Positions 12,834-24,589 of a DNA stretch of 64,000 nucleotides are shown here, in pieces. The position numbers and the translations under genes are program-made. The stretch is from Adineta vaga (taxonomy: Eukaryota; Animalia; Rotifera): the NCBI GenBank assembly GCA_021613535.1, contig CP075493.1, forward strand, positions 16,120,001 through 16,184,000, given 5' to 3'. The notes under the pieces were generated by a model. The model searched no databases. It saw nothing but the letters and a program-made list of their open reading frames with translations, and was not told the DNA's origin. Position 1 is the first letter of the stretch. Every line of letters begins with the position of its first letter.

Positions 12834-15539
12834 TTAATTTTTGTAACTACTTTGAATAACAGGAGAGAGTCGGTCGTTTGCTAAGTGGCTATTTTTCTCA
12901 GTCAAAAGCCAAGAGGCTGATTGCTTGTATAGAAACTTCTGAATACCATTTATTTTAATTTTAAAATATGCATTTTGTTGGTGGGATTCTATTCTTTCAC
13001 AAATCTTCATGCCAGTGAAGTTGTCTTTAACTCTAGTTAGATTGTTATCGGCATTATCTTGATCATCAAAAATATCATCATCATCCTGTTCAGCATTGAT
13101 AAGCTCATTATTATTATCTTCAGTATCTTCTTCATCTTCAAGATCGAATTCATCATTATTACCTTCATCGTGTGTTATCTGCGTAGAGTAATCAAACATT
13201 TTTGAGCTTGTACTAAATTGTCGAAATACATATTTGCTTAACAGGTTCATGTCAAAAAGATTATATTTCTTCAGCGTTTCCGATATTCCTAACCGTTCAG
13301 TTAATTGAAGAGCCTGTTCAAACGCATCCGAAATTATATTTTCCACATCCATTGGATCAATATCATCTAGTTTTTGCAAAGATACTCGATGAGCATCGTG
13401 TTTGTGTTTGTGATGAATGGGAAACAATAAAGAATTACTATGATTTTGACCGGTTAATTGATCACATTTAATTCCTAATAATATCGAAAGCTTCTGTGAT
13501 CGATGCAGAAAATCAGCAACTGTAAAATTAATTATCGTTGAGAATGTACCACTTAATGACCTAGCGTTGCGAAACATTGATTCACATGACTGAGAATTGA
13601 ATAGATAAATATTCAAAGCTTCTTTTGGTAAATGTTTTTCCTTGACTAGTAAAATTATATACAGCAAAGTGTGGGCGTTAATTTCAACAGACAAATAAAC
13701 TGTTTTAGTAATAAAAAAATTTTCTTTGCTGTTTCTTTTTGTCGATGATGATGCTGTTGCTGTAAACTGTTTATGCTGGATCCAAGTCCACCACATCCTA
13801 CACAAAAACACAAGACACCAAGCTGATTTTAAACCTACAAAGAAAGAAAATAAGAAGGAATGTTTTTATATGAAAGAAAGATATCTACGTTCGTTAATGC
13901 TAGTTGATTTCTCAACATAAGTTTGTATTATCATTTTCAACATTACTAAATAAACAAATGTTCCATATGTTTCAGTTTCATTCAATAATAAAGAAAGTAT
14001 ATCATCTGAAGCAATTGTCGCACACGATTTATAATTTTGCTTGTCCTTCGGATTGAGATCAGTTCGTGTTAATCCATGATCTAGTTTAGAATAATCATTA
14101 TTTTCGATCATATCAATTAGATGTTCCATTGATATGCATTGACGACCAAAACGAAGCTGAGCCGTGCTTGACAATAGTCGGTTTCTCCATTTTGTAACCA
14201 AATGAACCGGATCTTGACAAAATAGAAGCAATTGCTTGCTTCTTAAAAAGAACCAGGACCACCGAGTAACGATTTCTACATTGAAAGATTCTTGATGATC
14301 TTCCATATTGAAATGAGGTAATGAGGCAAAAAAACCACTTGCTAAGCGCATAGCGCGTACATATTTCGCATCTCCATCTTAAATAAACAGGCAATTAAGA
14401 CGCCGTACGTTGACAATAGTAAATTCAAATGAAAACAACATCATTTTACCTGTTGAAAAACCAATAATGCGAATATTCTTCTCCAAACAATTGTTAAAGA
14501 TGAATAACCATCGTCGCAATATGTCTATTGATGTATAAGTATTCACAATACCATAGCCGGATAACAAGAAAGCAGGTGGAGCAGATGAATGGTTTAATGA
14601 AGGTAATGGTTGAATCATATGTATATTAAACAATGATGATCTATCTGATGACTCAAACCATGATTTTAACTGATCGAATGATTCTGTCCGGTAGTATTTA
14701 GAAATTGGTAGACCATCAAAAAGTGGTGTGGCAAACCCAATAAAAGAGTTTGTTTGTTGATCATAATTTATTTTTCTTAAAACACCAGTACAATCTTCAG
14801 ACCCGAATGCATATTTAACATTTATTCGTTTAAAATAACTTTCTAGAGCATTAAAACGAAATTCACCTTCATTTATTTTACGATCACTATCTAATATTAA
14901 TTTTGTTAATATTTGAACACTAGGCAAAGCACAAGGTAGATTCATCCTGACAAATTGATAAGTCATTTTCCCACCCATTATATACAATGCTAAAGCAAAC
15001 TATCGAATCGATTCTGAATAACGATAGTGATTTGGTGATTTTGTTAAATTGTATAGGATGGTATCAATGAACTTTTCCGAAAATGTTGATTCTGTCTTTG
15101 TTCCTTTTTCATTTTCTTTGTACCATGTTAATAAAGATCTTAACAAAGAGTTCTTTTTTATCAAGTCGAGAAACTTCTGGTCTTGATCGTCGTTTGGTAG
15201 TTGATCTCGATCTTCATTCAATAATTGTTCTCGTTTTATATTTAAAAGATTTGTCAATAAAGATAAATTTGTTAAAAGACCATTTCGAATTATATAATCA
15301 CCGTTTTCGGTTTTAAAACACACTTGGTTTCGTAAAGAATTTATTTCTGATGAATTAAATCGAAATATGTCAAACACGTTAGAGGTGTTCAGAAATGCAT
15401 CTGCTGAATCAATAAGTTGAATTTTTAAGACTTCGCATAAAATTTCACCACTTAGTTGAGATATGCATCGGAAAAATTCATCACCTTTCAAACAAAATAT
15501 ATTGTCTGGCAAAAGGGTAATTTTGTACTGGTCATTCAT
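12834..15539 (-). pseudogene. P-element/THAP9-like DDE transposase, two introns, one in-frame stop
   Basis: SEDCT, ST|DGD (intron about 14379-14449), QDPVH (DxxH), DKQN and SQSCESMF motifs; second intron about 13835-13889; in-frame TAG at 15000-15002 (ESIR*FALALYIMGG). Confidence 0.8.
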
Positions 15540-16802
15540 TATTAGAGCGAATAATAAGAAATTTAAAAACTATTTTTAATTTTGAGTGGAAATAATCAAG
15601 ATAAAGTAAATTTATGAAAATATTTTCTGTATATTTTTGTTTCAAGTCTAAAACAAAATTAAGATTTTTCTTTCAAAATAAAAATAAAAAATACATATGG
15701 ATCGAACAGAAAAACTTTGTAAAAGCATTCGTTTTTCTAACTCTGAATCATAATCATGATCTTTCTATACATCAATGAATTTGCTTTCCAGAGGCCGCTC
15801 TTGTTCGTTATAAAATAGTTTATATAGCGCAATAGGTTAAGAATATAACTTTAATTTTTAATTCGCTCTTGTCGTCCGTTGTTTGTTACTGTTTGTTTAT
15901 TTTACTTACTATTAGTTTAGTTCATATTCTATTTGCTGTTCAAAAGCCGTTCTTTTGAAAATAGATTAACATCATTAAAGGATTCATGGTCATGTCTTTT
16001 CCAAAGGTATTTCATGATACGAAAAATTTACCAAGAAATATACTAACATTAGTTGATGACGATTTTTATCGCTTCGTTGAGCAACGTTTAGGTGTTTATC
16101 AAGCATTACTTTTAAAAATTCAACAAATTAATTCGGTTCCATGTTTTCTTCTATCTGGTGATCCTTGTGAGGTTTTAAATCTGAATATCGATGACGATGA
16201 TGTCAATGATCTGAAACGTAAAATGTGCTTTATATTGTCTGACAGTTCATGTTTCATTAAGCCAGGTGTAAGAACCGGTTTTAAATGTTTAAACGAATTA
16301 TTATCAAAGGAAACCGACCACAAATTAAAACAATCGAGAAATATAAGAACAGAATTACCAACATTTTCTTCAGTGAATATTCTGATATCACCGTCGTCCA
16401 TCTTGACATCGTCTATAACAACAACGATATCAACTCAGCAACCAACGATGCCACAAGGACTAGAGCAGACATTAATAACATCAGCATCACAACAACCAAC
16501 AGCAGCTTCAGCTTCGCAACAATCAGCTACAACGCCGATACCACAAGAAACAACATCAACACCATCATCTTATGTTCCATCATCAATATCAATTTCTGAA
16601 CACCGGAAGTATTTATTAAATTTATTGAAACATTGGTGTTCAAATCATAAAAATGAATTTAATCTTGAAACTTTCGATTTGAAAGATGGCAAAGATTTCA
16701 TGCTGTATGTGAAACGTGGTGCAAACGATGTTATCGAAGCTAGTATAAAATGTAACTGTGGTCGACTGATCATTTTGACGAAGAAAGATGAAAATTTTCA
16801 AT

Positions 16803-18070
16803 CTCCCAGCGCTAAAATAAAGTTAAAAAATAAAACAATTAGATGTATACGATTCAAATGTATTTATTTCGAACTTTTATCATGAATAGATAGAGGAATG
16901 TGTAATGTACAAAAATACAATAAAATCAATTTAAGCATTAATAACTTCTTGCATAACAGTCAAAATATGCAAAATGTACGAATTTATAACCTTTTGAGGA
17001 ATAGCATCACATCCATTGTCAATTGCTTGTTCAATTTCGACTTTGGTTTTTGGTTGTTGTCTTTGCACATAGCTCTTGAGCCAAGACCACACGTATTCGA
17101 TTGCATTGAATTCAGGCGAATAAGCAGGCACATCGAGGAGTTCTAATCGATTTTCTTCGAACCATGTTAGCATGGCTGGTGTTTTATGTAATGGAATATT
17201 GTCTTGATAAAAGAAGAGATGACGATGATTTGATATATGTGGTACAAAGTACGTAGTGAGTAGTTGTTGATACAATAATGAATTCATGTAACCTTCATAT
17301 CTCCTAAATACTTTCCCACCCCACCATATGACACCCCATATTTGAGCATGTGCTTTGATGTTGTCAACATAATGTGTTGGCCGTTGTGAACCTGATTTTG
17401 CCCAAGCAATTGTACCGGTATTTTGAATAGTAAATATCTTCTCGTCCGTGAATGACCACTTTTTAATATTAGTATTTATATATTTCTGTGAAAATAATAG
17501 CTTTGATTGTTGTTGTGCTAATGTAAGTGACTTTTTAACTACTTGCTGATATGGACGATATCCTAAATCACGACGATATTTTTGAACAGTGCGAACACTA
17601 ACACGTTTATGCATGACTTGTAAAATATCGTTTGCAAGAACAATAGCAGTTGCTGTAGGTTTTTTCCTAATTAATTCATCGAGTTTTTTCATTTCTTCAT
17701 TATTAAGACATGTAGGACGACCGGTCGATTTACCACCATTGATCTCTCCTGTTTGATTGTAATGAGATAATATTTTACAAATTGCAGCTGGTGTACACTT
17801 ATGTTGTCGTGCAATTGTTTCTAATTTCTTTCCATCTCTTTCTCGTTCCATTATTATTTGAAGACGTTCGACATTACTAAAATGGCTCATTTTTGACTAC
17901 TTTTGTTCAAAATAGAAAACATAAGAAACAAGACGGAAACGAATCATCTATATATACCGTTGTGTAGTGTTTTAAGTTGTCTATGCACTGATATGTTACT
18001 AATTCTTGGATAATGAATTATGAGCGCGCACTATACTTTTGTTTTTTTAACGCTATTTTAGCGCTGGGAG
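16803..18070 (-). mobile_element. Tc1-like (DD34E) transposon, full length, 1268 bp
   Basis: TIR CTCCCAGCGCTAAAATA (17 bp perfect, about 30 bp imperfect); AAT on both flanks. Confidence 0.92.
16931..17890 (-). CDS. IS630-Tc1-mariner transposase, DD34E
   Basis: 319-aa intact ORF; HTH plus GRP; FTDEK, YQDN and SPEFNAIE with 34 residues between D and E. Confidence 0.95.
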   Translation of the reverse strand: MSHFSNVERLQIIMERERDGKKLETIARQHKCTPAAICKILSHYNQTGEINGGKSTGRPTCLNNEEMKKLDELIRKKPTATAIVLANDILQVMHKRVSVRTVQKYRRDLGYRPYQQVVKKSLTLAQQQSKLLFSQKYINTNIKKWSFTDEKIFTIQNTGTIAWAKSGSQRPTHYVDNIKAHAQIWGVIWWGGKVFRRYEGYMNSLLYQQLLTTYFVPHISNHRHLFFYQDNIPLHKTPAMLTWFEENRLELLDVPAYSPEFNAIEYVWSWLKSYVQRQQPKTKVEIEQAIDNGCDAIPQKVINSYILHILTVMQEVINA

Positions 18071-19183
18071 AATTGTCCAATTATCAAAAACATCTTCGTA
18101 CGAAAGGGTGTACTTATATGAACTCGTTGAAGGAAAAATATGGAGAAGGAAAGAAATTGAAACTTCAACAAGCAGCAGATGGTTTAACGTCGTCAAACTC
18201 CGTCGTATCGGCTTCGGTAGTATCATCACAACAACAGAAGGCTGAACCACAAGTGCCTGCTGATCTTTCGAATGATTCGTTGTCGGTTCAGGATTCACTT
18301 ACTTTAGATACTCAAACAACAATATCTCAAACAAACATTCGTAAACGCAGTCAACCATCATCTCAATCATCATCTCAATCATCATCTCAAAAGACGAAAA
18401 GACATCGTGGTTGAATTAATCAACCTTTGTTTCTCAATTAGCACCTTTTTATGTTGTATTTACTATTTGTCGCACAAGATTTTGTCTGGAACGTGCACTT
18501 TACTTTCAGTTTTCATAATATGTCGTTCTTCCTTTCACATCTAATTATTCTATTATTTACGTTTTATATAGCTATATGCTAAGTACGAAGAACGATTATA
18601 CTATCTTTCAAAGCAAGTGTAACCAATTTATTTCTACAGACTTGTAATCTTTTTTATTCATTTGCGTACTGTTCTGATTTGTGTGATTTTGCGTTATTTG
18701 TTTTTTCAAAATGCTTTATCGTTTTAAATATTACAAATGGATACCACATCATCAGTATTCATATCATGAAAGTACAGAGAAGTACAAAGAAGTACACGAA
18801 GTACAGAAGTCTGCTTTTTCCCCCTTGATTATAAATGTCATTTGTTCAATAAAAATGATATTCTTTCAAAAGATAACTTGATAACTCATTGACTTTTGAT
18901 TTCGATCGCTTCTTTTTTTATCAAAAACTATTTGTGTGTTTTCTATGATAAATAGTGGACATAACTATTTGTCATATATATATATATATACTTTTTTTGT
19001 CCGACAAAATTCAACCCTTTACTTCCACGTAGTGTCGGATGGAAACGTTAACATATACAGATTGTTAACGGCTGAAAAGAGCTATGGTGTTACTATATCG
19101 GTCATAACGATTGATATTGTTGTTGTTGATGAAACAGATGATACTTATTCGTGTTTGTATATTGTAGATTAAATCTTTTATTG

Positions 19184-20600
19184 ATGATTATGGAATCTGC
19201 TAACGATAATCAAACAGATAAGAAAGCACAGAAGAGGAATTATCGTGGAACTAGACGACAACAACGCTACAGAGCAAAAGCGAAACTTCTGCAACTATGT
19301 GAACTTGCTAGTGCACAAGCTCCAGAACTTATGGCAGTACAAGAAGTGGTAGCAATAGTAGAAGAAGAAGAAGAAAAACAGATGAACAATGGCTTGCAAA
19401 TGAATTTCTCATTGGTATGTATGTCTATGTTTGAAAGATGTTATATTTCGAAGATAAAAACACAAAGAACATCATTTTGTATTGCAAGATGAGCAAAATA
19501 ATGAAATGGAGAGACAAACAAGAAGAAGAAGAAGAGCAGCTAAACGTCGATCATCAAAAAAACATCATCTTGTTCGAGAGCAACAAAGTGATGTATATCT
19601 ACCGGATTATTTGAATATTCCAGATCGAATATTCAAGAAAATGTTCATATCGGCATCCAAAAGTCTGCATGCTTCTGTTCCATACAATATGATTTATCGA
19701 TGGTTAGACAATAGTTCTAATATGCGACATATTCGTGAACATGCTCTTCTATTAGATAAACTATTGTTTCTACAATTACAACAAGCAATATGGACAGAAT
19801 ATTTTAACATTGGCAGTCTATCAGATGGTGTACGGGCATCTGAAGTACAAGAGAAAATCAATCGGCGAATGAAAGATGAATCTATTACTAATATAGATCC
19901 ATTAACTTTTGTTATTCAATATCGACAAAATATTGAAGGCATTTGTTCGACTTGGACAACATAAATTAAATGGTGAATTCGAATGTAAAAAACGGCTATT
20001 ACATTTCCATTATCAAGATCATCTCTTGACGAAAGTTTTCTTTGATTTGAAACCGACGAAAAGACAGGTATAGTTGCAGACACATTAGAGAGAGAGTTCT
20101 GTTGAGTATATATTTTCTTACAGATTCGATCGGCTACAAAGATTTGGTCTGCTACATTTAAACAACAGATTGCTGAAGAACAAATAATGATACTTAAACA
20201 TCGTATATCTTCAAGAATATTACCGAAGATATTCGATGTATTAGATCATTCATTAGTTGATCTCAATAGAAATCTACAAGATCGCGTGATCGATAATGAT
20301 ATACGTGCAACCATAACAAGTCGCCGTAATAAAGTTATTGGTCAATTGAAAGCCGATATGATATCAATGGAGATTTCAATAGGCGAAGCAACAGCACGTG
20401 GTCATGCACAAAAAGTTAAACGAGAAAAAGAAGTATTGCTATCAAATCAATGCTCGCATGATGGAGATGAAGCAATGATTAATAATATGATTAATACTAT
20501 TCAGGCTCGTCAAGATAATATTATTAAACGAGCACAATATGTTACTGCCTGTAAAATGTCTTTTTTCGACGAAACTCCGGCGATGCTGCTTATGGATTAG
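19184..20600 (+). pseudogene. Athena-type ORF1 (basic NLS-like plus coiled-coil), intron-containing, apparently disrupted near 19960
   Basis: Arg/Lys-rich N-terminus (YRGTRRQQRYRAK); helical segments; putative GT-AG introns; ends with SFF at the slippery site directly upstream of the RT. Confidence 0.7.
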
Positions 20601-20626
20601 AAGGATGGCAACAGCATCGTCGGAGT
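20561..20626 (+). promoter_or_regulatory. Programmed -1 ribosomal frameshift signal
   Basis: T TTT TTC heptamer (20561-20567), 6-nt spacer, then a 15-bp stem ACTCCGGCGATGCTG / CAGCATCGTCGGAGT (one G-U pair); the -1 frame is open into the RT ORF. Confidence 0.85.
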
Positions 20627-22658
20627 ATAAAAATAAATCGACTTCCATCATCAGCTATTGTAGAAGTGGCCACGCCACTACAACAAGCACATTTGTTACT
20701 TTTGGCACGAGGTCCAAAATATGTTCCAACATGTCAAAGTTACTTTGCACTTCGTTCCATTAATGATATTATCCATCGTGAATATGAACGAATGTCAAAA
20801 GTAATTAAGGGATGTTTAACGGACAATTGTGTATCAGCATCAAATGAACGTGCAAAATTATTTCTTGTTTCCTTAAAAAATCTCCTGACAGATTTGTGTA
20901 CAACGAAAGATATTCAACAGAAATTATATCGAACACGTCAAAAAATTGTTCTGCGACGAACAGACAAGATTAAGGTGTTTCATTTGGGTTCATTCAATGA
21001 TTATGAACAGAAAGCAACACATTACATGATGAAGACATGTGCTTATGAAGAAGTCCACAGTGGGAAGTGTCCATTAGCTGCTAATTTATCATCGGTGATG
21101 GACTTACTCAATAGATTATTGAAAAACAATGCTATTAATATAAAACAATGGTCTGCAATGAAACCAAATAGAGATAAAGTGGAACTAGGTCATCTCTACT
21201 TCTTGCCTAAGCCTCATAAAGTAAGATGATGTGTGAATGTATCTATTTTCGAATCGTTGATGTTTTCTTTTCAATGGTCATATTCTTAGATTGGTACACC
21301 ATTGAGACCTATTATTTCTTCGATGAATGGGCCGACGAATAAAATATCCCATTTCTTAGATCATCATCTTCTTCGACCACTCTTTGATCATGTGGCGAAA
21401 CAGACGACATTCATCAATGGTATTGATCTTGTTCGACAATTAGAAGAATACCAACGAGATGGTCGTCTTTCGACATCAACTCAGTTTATTACATTTGATG
21501 TCACTGATCTATATACGATGATACCAAGAAATGGGTCATTGGAAGCATTAGGACGATTCTTAATTAAAACGTCGACAAAAGGCAAAATTGGTAATTTATC
21601 TATTGATACGATCTTAAAACTAGCTCGTCTAGTACTAGATACAACTTATTTTGTCTATAATAATAAATATCATCGACAAATTAAAGGTGGTGCAATGGGT
21701 TCGGCATTTACGATGACATTGGCCAATGTCTACATGTTAGGGTGGGAACAACCATTAGTCGAATTGCAAGCACAACAAGGAGAGCTGTATGGAAGGTAAG
21801 ATGGCGGGAAGTGTATATTCCTGGAGTATTCTATGTCTTCTTTATAGATATATCGATGGTGTATTCATGACATCGAATATGTCTATTAATAAAATTCGTG
21901 CAAAACTCGATTGGATGAATGAGAAGGATGGTGAACATATACGAATCACTCATTCAGCTGGTTTCAAAGTCGAATTTCTCGATGTTCAAATTGAAAATCA
22001 TCATGGTTCATTGAAGACATCCGTTTATCGTAAACCAGCTGCTGAGCCGTATGTATTACCATATTCATCTGATCATCCTCGTCATGTACATATCAACATA
22101 CCGTATGAAGCATTGTTACATGCTGCTCGATTATGTTCAGATGTGTATGCATTCGACAAAGAACGATTAGACATCGAAATGAAACTTCTATTAAATGGAT
22201 ATCTGCCGAGATTTCTTAATTATAATTTCGATCGATTCTTTCGATTGAATCAGGTGATAGAAGTTCATACTCAGTTAGATGTGGAGCAATATCAAACTTC
22301 AAATCGAAAATTATTATATTTGCCTACACGACGTGAAAAGAAACATCAACGACAGTTAACAGATCAAACTAGTGAAAAGTTAGTTGCAAATAATGATGTG
22401 GTAACAAAGAAGAAATGGAATAGGAAGATCTTAATGTTACCACATACATTCGAAAGTGGTCCATCGAAGGATTTCAATCGACAGTTTCGGAAATTATGGA
22501 CGAAATATTATGGTTACAAAGGATCAGCTGTCAAAGACGTACGTGTCATGATGACAGCATTGAAAAATCCATCTTTGAATGATCTATTTGTTCGAAAGAA
22601 ACCTTCGGCATCATTATTGACCAGAATAGAAGCAACAGACGTTGAACAGTTGATCTGA
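20561..22658 (+). pseudogene. Penelope-like (Athena-type) endonuclease-less reverse transcriptase with two introns
   Basis: GPKYVP, RRTDK, LYFLPKPHK|IGTPLRPIIS (intron 21221-21290), FDVTDLYT, GGAMGS, YGR|YIDG (intron 21796-21848); catalytic YIDD changed to YIDG; no GIY-YIG. Confidence 0.92.
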
Positions 22659-22834
22659 AGTAGTGTCTTCTTTTCTTTTTATTATTGTATGTGTTCGTTT
22701 TTGCATGATCATTTGTTACGTGTCAGACTGAAATAAAGTTGCATGACGTACTCTTGTATTGATGTAGAGCATAGAGATATATTATATTTTTATTTTATAC
22801 TTTAGATTTAAGTATAAATATTTACTCGTCAGAT

Positions 22835-23520
22835 ATGCCTAGCCGCAAGAAGTCAGTCGAGCAGAAGTCGTTGGTAAAAAGACTCCTCGATGATCTTATG
22901 CCAACGAAAGCAAAAAGACGGCCTATCGTCAGAAGACTGTCTGATGATACTACTCAGTTATCATCAGATGAAGCCGTCACTCGGTCTTCTTCTGGTTTAA
23001 AACGCCATGAAGAAGTACCACATAAGGTATCAACATCACCTGAACCAAGCCTTGTTTCAGGTCACAGGCCATCAAGCAGCAGACCTGATGGTGTAGAACA
23101 AGAAGGATCAGTGGTAAGGACAGCTTTGAATAAACATGAATTTCGTAATCGAACTTGTTTGATACTACTTTTATTCTATAGGCAACTCCATTGGTGTCGG
23201 CTAATGGTCAATTCTTTTATTCACCAATGTATCGGCGATACTATGGATTAACGCCTCCAAATCCGAGGTTAAATAATCCTCGGTTATTGGAGGATTACAT
23301 CGATTGGTACATCAATGTGTACATGGAAGAAGAACTTCCATGGCAATGGGTAAGATGTGTAGAAAAGAATTCTTATGAGAAATATTAAATATCGAACTAT
23401 TTCCGTATTAAATAGATCGATGTTGGTAATCCAGTGGAACGTAGACAACGAGATGAATATGAAGCAAAAGAAGAATCCAAAAGGCTCGGTGTTACTCCGT
23501 CAACATCAACAAACAAATAG
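22835..23520 (+). CDS. Co-oriented accessory ORF of unknown function downstream of the RT (3 exons predicted)
   Basis: ATG at 22835; GT-AG introns about 23114-23181 and 23350-23415 join the ORFs in frame (..GSV|ATPLVSANGQFFYSPMYRRYYG..WQW|IDVGNPVERRQR..); AATAAA near 23604. Confidence 0.6.
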
Positions 23521-23987
23521 TATTATGTCGATTTAACACCACAGACAAATAATACTTCGTCGAAAAAGTAACTTTTTCTGTTATCGATGAGTTTTATTTC
23601 ATTTAATAAAAAGAAAGCTAAGAATAAATTCGATGACTATTTTTCATTATCTTATATCAAAGGTAAAGACGAAACTTTCCATGGCTATGCGTAGCCGACC
23701 GGTTTCGATGAGATGTTACTATTTTGCTTTTTCATGTACTTGTCTATTGATCCTTTGAATCTCCTTCTCTTATTTTGTGTTGAAGATGAGAACGTTATTT
23801 TTGAATATCTTATCAGTATGAAAACAAAATCGTTAGTATTTGAGTAGTTGAGCACTGCGAAGAGTCATAAGACAAACACACACCGGTCATGATAGTTCAT
23901 GTCTGCATATCACATCATTTCTCTCGAATTCTTTCGTTATAAATAGACATTCAGCATTTGAAGTCGTGATGCGAGGCTATGCAGACA

Positions 23988-24036
23988 TAATCCATCTGAT
24001 GAGACCCTTGGACAAGGTCGAAACCGGTAGATTATT
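23988..24036 (+). ncRNA. Type I minimal hammerhead ribozyme
   Basis: CTGATGA - stem II (GACC..GGTC) - GAAA - CCGG - TA core, with a short imperfect stem I. Confidence 0.75.
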
Positions 24037-24467
24037 TTAAAATGGAAATTGCAAAAGACGAAACGACAGTAAGATTGAGAGGGGCACAAACAACAGATAA
24101 CTGCATTTCCGAGAACGTGAACAGTATTTATAGCTACGAATCAACAGAAATAAATAGTACAACGATGACTTCAGAACCAAAACGCGAGAAGCAACCTCTA
24201 TTACGAAGAGCAGAGTCTCAGCGAAGCATCAGCCATTCTGATATGACGTGATCGTGAACACCAGAACGGTATTCAGCCAATATCCTCAGACCGGTTATCG
24301 GAAGATGTGGGTTCGAGTTCTGCTTTGATTTCATGATCTTTTTAGATAAGTTTTTCGTACTTATCTGAGCATATCGCTGCGGATACTTCAAATGAATTAG
24401 ATCGGAATGTATCGTGGACAAAATGAAAAGATTTCTAATATTTGATTCTTTCTATACCTATTTTCAA

Positions 24468-24488
24468 ACACACCCACACCCACACCCA
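24468..24488 (+). repeat. C-rich telomeric tract marking the likely 3' end of the Athena unit
   Basis: ACACACCCACACCCACACCC. Confidence 0.65.
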
Positions 24489-24589
24489 AACCCTCTCCCC
24501 ATTTTTCTCTCTTAGTTAGAGGTTACAAATTAAATGTCACGAGTTCTGCTTAAATACTATTTGTTCGTTTATTCAAAAAAATACGATGC

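Larger units (their letters stand above)
15986..18414 (+). pseudogene. Accessory ORF2 of the transposon (385 aa when reconstructed), interrupted by a Tc1-like insertion
   Basis: Removing 16803-18070 plus one AAT restores the frame: KCNCGRLIILTKKDENFQ|LSNYQKHLRTKGC (putative C2HC zinc finger); S/T/Q-rich linker; basic C-terminus. Confidence 0.8.
12650..18827. mobile_element. Two-gene TIR DNA transposon with P-element-like transposase
   Basis: Perfect 17-bp TIR CAAGGGGGAAAAAGCAG at both ends; ATTAT duplicated on both flanks (12645-12649, 18828-18832); subterminal GAAGT(A/C)C repeats. Confidence 0.9.

Noticed and set aside
22941-22967. CTGATGATA..TATCATCAG hairpin
   Set aside because: No GAAA core; lies within coding sequence
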